From NCBI RefSeq assembly GCF_004010195.1, contig NC_057719.1:37988200-38040422 (forward strand): a stretch of 52,223 bases of DNA, in the 5' to 3' direction. The notes below the pieces were generated by a model. The model was not told the origin of the DNA. It searched no databases and was given only the letters and a program-made list of their open reading frames with translations. The DNA comes from Chiloscyllium plagiosum. Its lineage: Eukaryota. Shown one piece after another: positions 50,291 through 52,223 of the stretch (the stretch's first letter is position 1; each line of letters opens with the position of its first letter). The position numbers and the translations under genes were made by a program.

Positions 50291-51447
50291 TTGAGTTTTG
50301 AGCTTTCACAGATGTAGGCTGGTTGAGTGCAGTTAGTGCCTTTGTTTTTGAGCACAGTTTAAGGGATATGCCTTTAAAACAATCTGACAATTTTTGGAAC
50401 ATACAGTCTACATATCTGGCATCATGCCAACAACACTGAAACTCAATACAATATTACTCATACATGTGATAAGCACAATGTCTTTTTGGCTTGACCACTT
50501 TTCTTCCTGTTTCAAGTCTGCTCCTCACTTACAATACAAAAATGTTCCATCATGTGGAGAGCAAAATTAAGTATGGCTTTTGTCAGTGGAGAGTGCAATA
50601 TTTCCTGCACCATCTGCTTTAAGTTTTATTCCTTGCAGCTCTGTTGTTATCATTTTCATGTGGTCAGTAAAAGCAAGTTTCGAAAGCAGTACCTCCTTTT
50701 GTTTCACTTAGCTCATAACTGACATTTATCTACTTTGCTGAAGTTGTTAATTGAATGTCTTCACCAGATGATTCAGCCTTCAGTCAAAAATACACCAGGA
50801 TTAAAATCTACCATTTTGGAAGGTTACATGGAAATTGGTTTTCTTGTTTATCTGGAACTGCATACAAATAAATTTCCCGATAAATATTTGTGAATTGAGC
50901 TTCCTTGGGATTTGCTCTGCTAAGAAGAAATTGTTTAGTACCCAGTGCTTTTTTTTTCTGGATTGGATGTAATGAATTGCGAATTAGTTCTCCATTCCCT
51001 CATGTGCTCCAAACCGAGGCAGACATCAAATTGTGCAGTGATTTCATTCCTATCATCACTGACACAGAATATGTTTTGGTATATTCATAAGGTTTGATGT
51101 CATGAAATGTAACAGAAATATAAAACCTTTTAGAAAGTTGACTTTCCTGACCTGGTAAGACCCTGATCTAAGGATAGAACTTCAAGGAACTCCTACAGTG
51201 TTAACAGGTTGAAACAAAAAGCAATTAAAAGACATAGACTTTCTTCTTGCAGAGTGTTTATTGACGACACCAGTCCAATAGATTCCTCGCTCAATCTCAG
51301 AAGATCATTCTCTAACGTATTATTTTGTTGTTTTAATCATCTGAATACTATTTATCAAATAACGAATAAATGTTCCCCCTTTTATATATCCAGGTATCAG
51401 TCAATTAATTGACAGCAATCATCTGTTTCCCTTCTAACTTTAATTAC

Positions 51448-52223
51448 TAAAATAGTGATGGAAAAGGATAGACCAGATATAAAAGTTGAAGTTCTAACTT
51501 GGAGGAAGGCTCATTTTGACGGCATTGGGCAGGATCTTTCAAAAGCTGATTGGGCGCAGATGTTCACAGGTAAAAGGACGGCTGGAAAATGGGAAGCCTT
51601 CAGAAATGAGATAACATGAGTCCAGAGAAAGTATATTCCTGTTAGGATGAAAGGAAAGGTTGCTAGGTATAGGGAATACTGGATGACTGAAGGCTTCCAA
51701 GAGATCAATTGTGTTAGGGGATTCTGTAGTCCGAGGTACAGACAGACGTTTCTGTGGCCAGCAGAGAAAAAGCAGAATGGTGTGTTGTTTCCCTGGTGCC
51801 AGGATCAAGGATGTCTCAGAGAGGGTGCAGAATGTTCTCACGGGGGAGAGGGGCCAGCAGGAGGTCATTGTACACATTGGAACCAATGACATTGGAAGGG
51901 AAAAGGTTGAGATTCTGAAGGGAGATTACAGAGAGTTAGGCAGAAATTTAAAAAGGAGGTCCTCAAGGGTAGTAAGATCTGGATTACTCCCAGAGCTACG
52001 AGCTAGTGAGGGCAGGAATAGGAGGATAGAGCAGATGAATGCATGGCTGAGGAGCTGGTGTATGGGAGAAGGATCCACATTTTTGAATCATTGGAATCTC
52101 TTTTGGGGTAGAAGTGACCTGTACAAAAAGGACGGATTGCACCGAAATTGGAAGTGGATTAATATACTGTCAGGGAAATTTGCTAGAACTGCTTGGGAGG
52201 ATTTAAACTTGTAAGGTGGGGGT
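51448..52223 (+). mobile_element. CR1 LINE, rearranged: ORF2 piece (51448-51688) joined upstream of ORF1 esterase (51695 onward), runs off the right edge
   Basis: 51448-51688 matches about 36146-36378, and 51695-52223 matches about 34858-35390. ORF 51711-52214 has GDS, GTND and DGLH SGNH blocks in one frame. Confidence 0.9.

Noticed and set aside
51711..52214. Intact SGNH hydrolase ORF as a possible host or domesticated gene
   Set aside because: Highly similar to the CR1 ORF1 at 34858-35375, starts at a truncation point, and is embedded in CR1 sequence.
1..52223. CRISPR arrays, operons or other prokaryotic systems
   Set aside because: No regularly spaced repeats or dense coding; the sequence is vertebrate intronic or intergenic DNA.

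Overview
Eukaryotic, repeat-rich vertebrate genomic DNA. The repeat set (HE1/V-SINE-type and DeuSINE-type SINEs, CR1 LINEs with an SGNH-esterase ORF1, abundant Penelope-like elements) suggests a cartilaginous fish, probably a shark; this is inference. Most listed ORFs are decayed retroelement frames. The window holds a near full-length CR1 (about 34.2-38.8 kb), many CR1/L2/Rex-Babar fragments, a Gypsy integrase relic, and at least 15 Penelope-like element (PLE) pieces. Their pseudo-LTRs carry minimal type I hammerhead ribozyme motifs of about five distinct sequence types. The most unusual signal is that young PLE insertions carry near-identical copies of nearby genomic DNA at their 5' junction: 188 bp copied from 671 bp away, 70 bp from 1126 bp away (including a candidate host splice donor), and a 7-bp stutter. 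Several non-repetitive, phase-compatible GT-AG exons on the minus strand (45703-45781, 45483-45595, 39681-39837, 16668-16955) suggest the window lies inside an unidentified protein-coding gene, and a consensus RFX X-box lies at 40709-40722. Boundaries of old repeats are approximate. All family names come from motif recognition, not database searches.
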